35,613 bases of DNA from Chiloscyllium plagiosum (lineage: Eukaryota). The position numbers were made by a program, and so were the translations under genes. Of the stretch, positions 32,734-35,613 are shown piece after piece. The notes beneath the pieces were generated by a model. The model searched no databases. It was not told where the DNA came from and worked only from the letters and a program-made list of their open reading frames with translations. Position 1 is the stretch's first letter; each line of letters begins with the position of its first letter. The stretch is taken from contig NC_057753.1 in assembly GCF_004010195.1 (NCBI RefSeq), forward strand, positions 10,503,159-10,538,771. Direction: 5' to 3'.

Positions 32734-33574
32734 GATTTCCACTTTCCAAGCCGTATCACTGTTTCAGGCCCAACACTCAGTGCATTGCAACAGTAGGGTC
32801 TCTCATCCAGTCCCACTGCTACTGAAAATGTACTAAAACAGGAACCAAAAAGCTTTGTTCCTTCTCACAGAATTGTACTCAAAAATCATTGTGGTCCCGA
32901 TGGATTGAGTGACTGTTAGACATTGATGTCAAAGTGAGGATTTCAGAAGCTGGAGGGTCAGTGTCAAAGGTACAGCACTGGGTCAGGCAGTATCCGAGGA
33001 GCAGGAGAGTTGACGTTTCGGGCATAAGTCCTTCATCTGTTGATTTTGAAACTTACGTCTTCAGATCTTCAAATACTCTGTAAATAGAGATTACAAAAGT
33101 CATTGCTGTCAGTCCGGGGTAGAAATTCAGAACAAGCAATTCTACTTTCTACAGAACATTATTTTATTTTGGTTATTCCACAGAATTGAAAGTACCATCC
33201 CACTCTCTCTCCCCCTCTGTTCTCACTCCGCTCTAACTAATTCCCCGGAAGGTGCTGATTCAGGATCTTACAGGGGCAGAAAAGCAAAAACGTCAAGACT
33301 GACATCTCTCTGAATTTTGGATACCTCCACCTGAAAGTTAATATCTTTCACAACACTGGGATCCTGCTGAGAGTGAGCAGGTCTGATTTTGGGAAGCAAA
33401 ATAAACTGTGTCAATTCAGTGTGAACCTGCAATACAGCTTCTTAAGGAACAACCAGACACAAAATGGTTAACGTCCCCCAGGAAGGGGAGAGTAAGCTGA
33501 GACATCTAGGCATTAACACTGACACCAGAGAGAAATTGAACATACAGACTTGGCAAACGTTAGTGGAAAGCCAA

Positions 33575-33970
33575 AGTCATAGAGATATACAGCACAGAAA
33601 CAGCCCTTTTGGTCAAATTCTTCCGTGACGACCAAATATCCTAAATTAATCACGCCCCATTTGCCAGCACTTGACCCACATCCCTCTGAATATTCCTGTT
33701 CATGCCCCCATCCAGATGCCTTTTAAATGTTGTAATTATACCAGCCTCCAACACTTCCCCTGGCAGCTCATTCCATACATGTATCACTCCGTGTGTGAAA
33801 AAGTTGCCCCTAAGGTCTCTTTTAAATCCCCCGCCATCACCCTAAACTTATTACCTTCTATTTCTGGACTCCCCCATCCCACCTTGTCTATTTACCCTAT
33901 CCACGTCCCTCATGATTTTAAAAAGGTCTACAATATCACCTCTCAGTCCCTAGCCCGCTGGGGAAAACAA
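33575..33970 (-). mobile_element. CR1 3' end inside the putative ZNF-C intron
   Basis: Homologous to the other CR1 ends in the window. Confidence 0.75.
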
Positions 33971-34019
33971 CTCCACATTATCCTTCCATCCCTTCTCACC
34001 CGGGTATTTGAGACACATA

Positions 34020-34260
34020 ACCTGAGTTTGCAGAGTCTGCTCCCTCCCTGGATTCACTCCATTTGCTACCAGTGAACAGGTTTCACCCCTTCCCTCTCCC
34101 TCCCTCCCTCCGAGGATGAGGAGTTGCCCAGGGAGTTTCACTCTGCAACTGACAGGGCCACTTCCGCGTTGTGACGCCATCGATACTCGCCGGCACGAGC
34201 CGAGGGGGCTGGGCTGAGGAGACCGACAGTGGGTTCCCGCACTGCGCCTCTGCTGCCCTG
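34020..34260 (-). promoter_or_regulatory. Putative promoter and 5' non-coding exon of ZNF-C
   Basis: Donor cag|GTTATG (GT at 34021-34020); ETS CCACTTCCGC 34158, TGACG 34172, YY1-like CGCCATC 34175; candidate acceptor tttacAG at 33079-33078. Confidence 0.6.
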
Positions 34261-34289
34261 CACCGTTTGCAAAAATCCCTCCCCTTCAG

Positions 34290-34512
34290 AGACTCCTCAC
34301 AGTGTAGAAGCAGGCCACTCGGCCGAGTGAATCCACACAGACCCTCCGAAGGGTAACCCAGCCACACCCGCTCCCCTACCCTCATTGCTCTACATTTACC
34401 CCTGACTGATCCACCGTAATTTAGCATGGCCAACCGATCCCAACCTCAACATGCGATGGGCACTAAGGGACAATTTAGCACGGCAAATCTACCCTAACCT
34501 ACAGGCCAATCC
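34290..34512 (-). mobile_element. V-SINE 3' half with duplicated internal unit
   Basis: Reverse complement resembles 7190-7320 and 28250-28700. Confidence 0.6.
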
Positions 34513-34514
34513 AC

Positions 34515-34950
34515 AAAGTTAAAAAATCACACAACAACAGGTTATAGTCCTACAGGTTTATTTGGAAACACTAGTTCATCAGGAGGTTGTGGAGTACATA
34601 ATTTATGGAAAATCATTACAGTGTCCTGCCACTGAAATGACATATTGAACAAACCCTTTGATAATTTACAATGGGTTGCTGGTATCATTAATATGTAAAT
34701 CCCAGAACTCAGATAACAAGGGTTTTATAACAAAAGCAGACATCTCAGCTCAGACAGAGTTTGTCTGTATTCCAATCTTGAGTCAGACTGGTCCTATTTC
34801 CAAAGTGGGATTTACAAAATATTACCTGTATTGCCTGCCTGCATTGACTACATGCAGATTGTGCATTTTTGAGCAAAGTATAATGTATCTGCAAATATAA
34901 TTCTGCAAATACAAATTCACCCCATGTACGTGTGTGTGGCTGCGCGTGCA
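34515..34950 (-). mobile_element. PLE-like family B 3' region
   Basis: Reverse complement of 29700-30215 with deletions. Confidence 0.6.
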
Positions 34951-35613
34951 TGAGAGAGAGAAAAAGTCTATTTCCGTGCTGTATATCTCTATGTCTATTT
35001 GATAACAGATGCTTTATTTCTGTTGATATAAATACTGCTGTAAATCATAGCTGGGTACTAATAGTTAGACGTAAGGGAGAGAGAATTCCTCAGGTAGAGC
35101 ACGATAAGAATCCTGGCAGACCCCTATTTCTGGTTTACATCCTAATGCACAAACATTAAGCACGATCACCTATTTATTTCTAATTTTGTTTCACTTTTCT
35201 TGTTTTATTCCCTGCGATGATGTAGGAGAATTGTTAGATTTGGATCAGCCATTTTGTCACATATTAAAGCCTGGAAACCATTTTGAATCTCATCTTAGTG
35301 CCTACTTGCTAAAGCTTATGTTTCCCAGGCTCAGCGGAGACGGTTGGCCTTGCAGCTGTACTGCTCCCTGATAAACAAATTCTTTCCTTGCATGGGACTT
35401 TATTTCCATCATCCACAGTTGGCGAGTCAGGCAGGAGATACCCTGGTCCTGCCAGGTCACTGCCAGCGCCCCCCCTCCCCCTTTCTCTCTCTGTTTGAGA
35501 GATGAAATATAGAGGGTGGTTGCTGCTTTTGTCGCGTCCAAAATAAAAAAAGAAAGCTGGCCAGGGACAAAAATGCTGTTAGAAATGCTGATACAATTCT
35601 CGCTACTCAGCCA

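Noticed and set aside
31930..32796. Long plus-strand ORFs antisense to the ZNF genes (also 16451-16936, 16746-17087 and 1817-2139)
   Set aside because: Typical stop-poor shadows of GC-rich C2H2 repeats; no independent evidence.
35000..35613. Possible retroviral or gene fragment at the window end
   Set aside because: No recognisable peptide or boundary.

Overview
Eukaryotic DNA, very probably from a shark or other elasmobranch (inferred from HE1/V-SINE, CR1 and Penelope-like repeat families). The window is a repeat-dense cluster of C2H2 zinc-finger genes with no recognisable effector domain: three intact minus-strand ORFs (6, 8 and 12 fingers), one pseudogene fragment, and direct and inverted segmental duplications of their promoter, first-exon and flanking modules. 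Between them lie CR1 and Rex1/Babar LINE fragments, V-SINEs and several Penelope-like element (PLE) families (Neptune-type, Poseidon-type and one unclassified). PLE terminal repeats carry at least seven intact-looking minimal hammerhead ribozyme cores, and several insertions have target-site duplications (TSDs). The least explained feature is a cryptic array of about 24 units with a ~20-bp period (core RTCYCTTTAVAT, unrelated spacers, ~10090-10570). It abuts an orphan CpG-rich promoter-like island with RFX X-box, GC-box and CRE-like motifs. There is one assembly gap (26703-27164). All calls were made by eye, without database searches.
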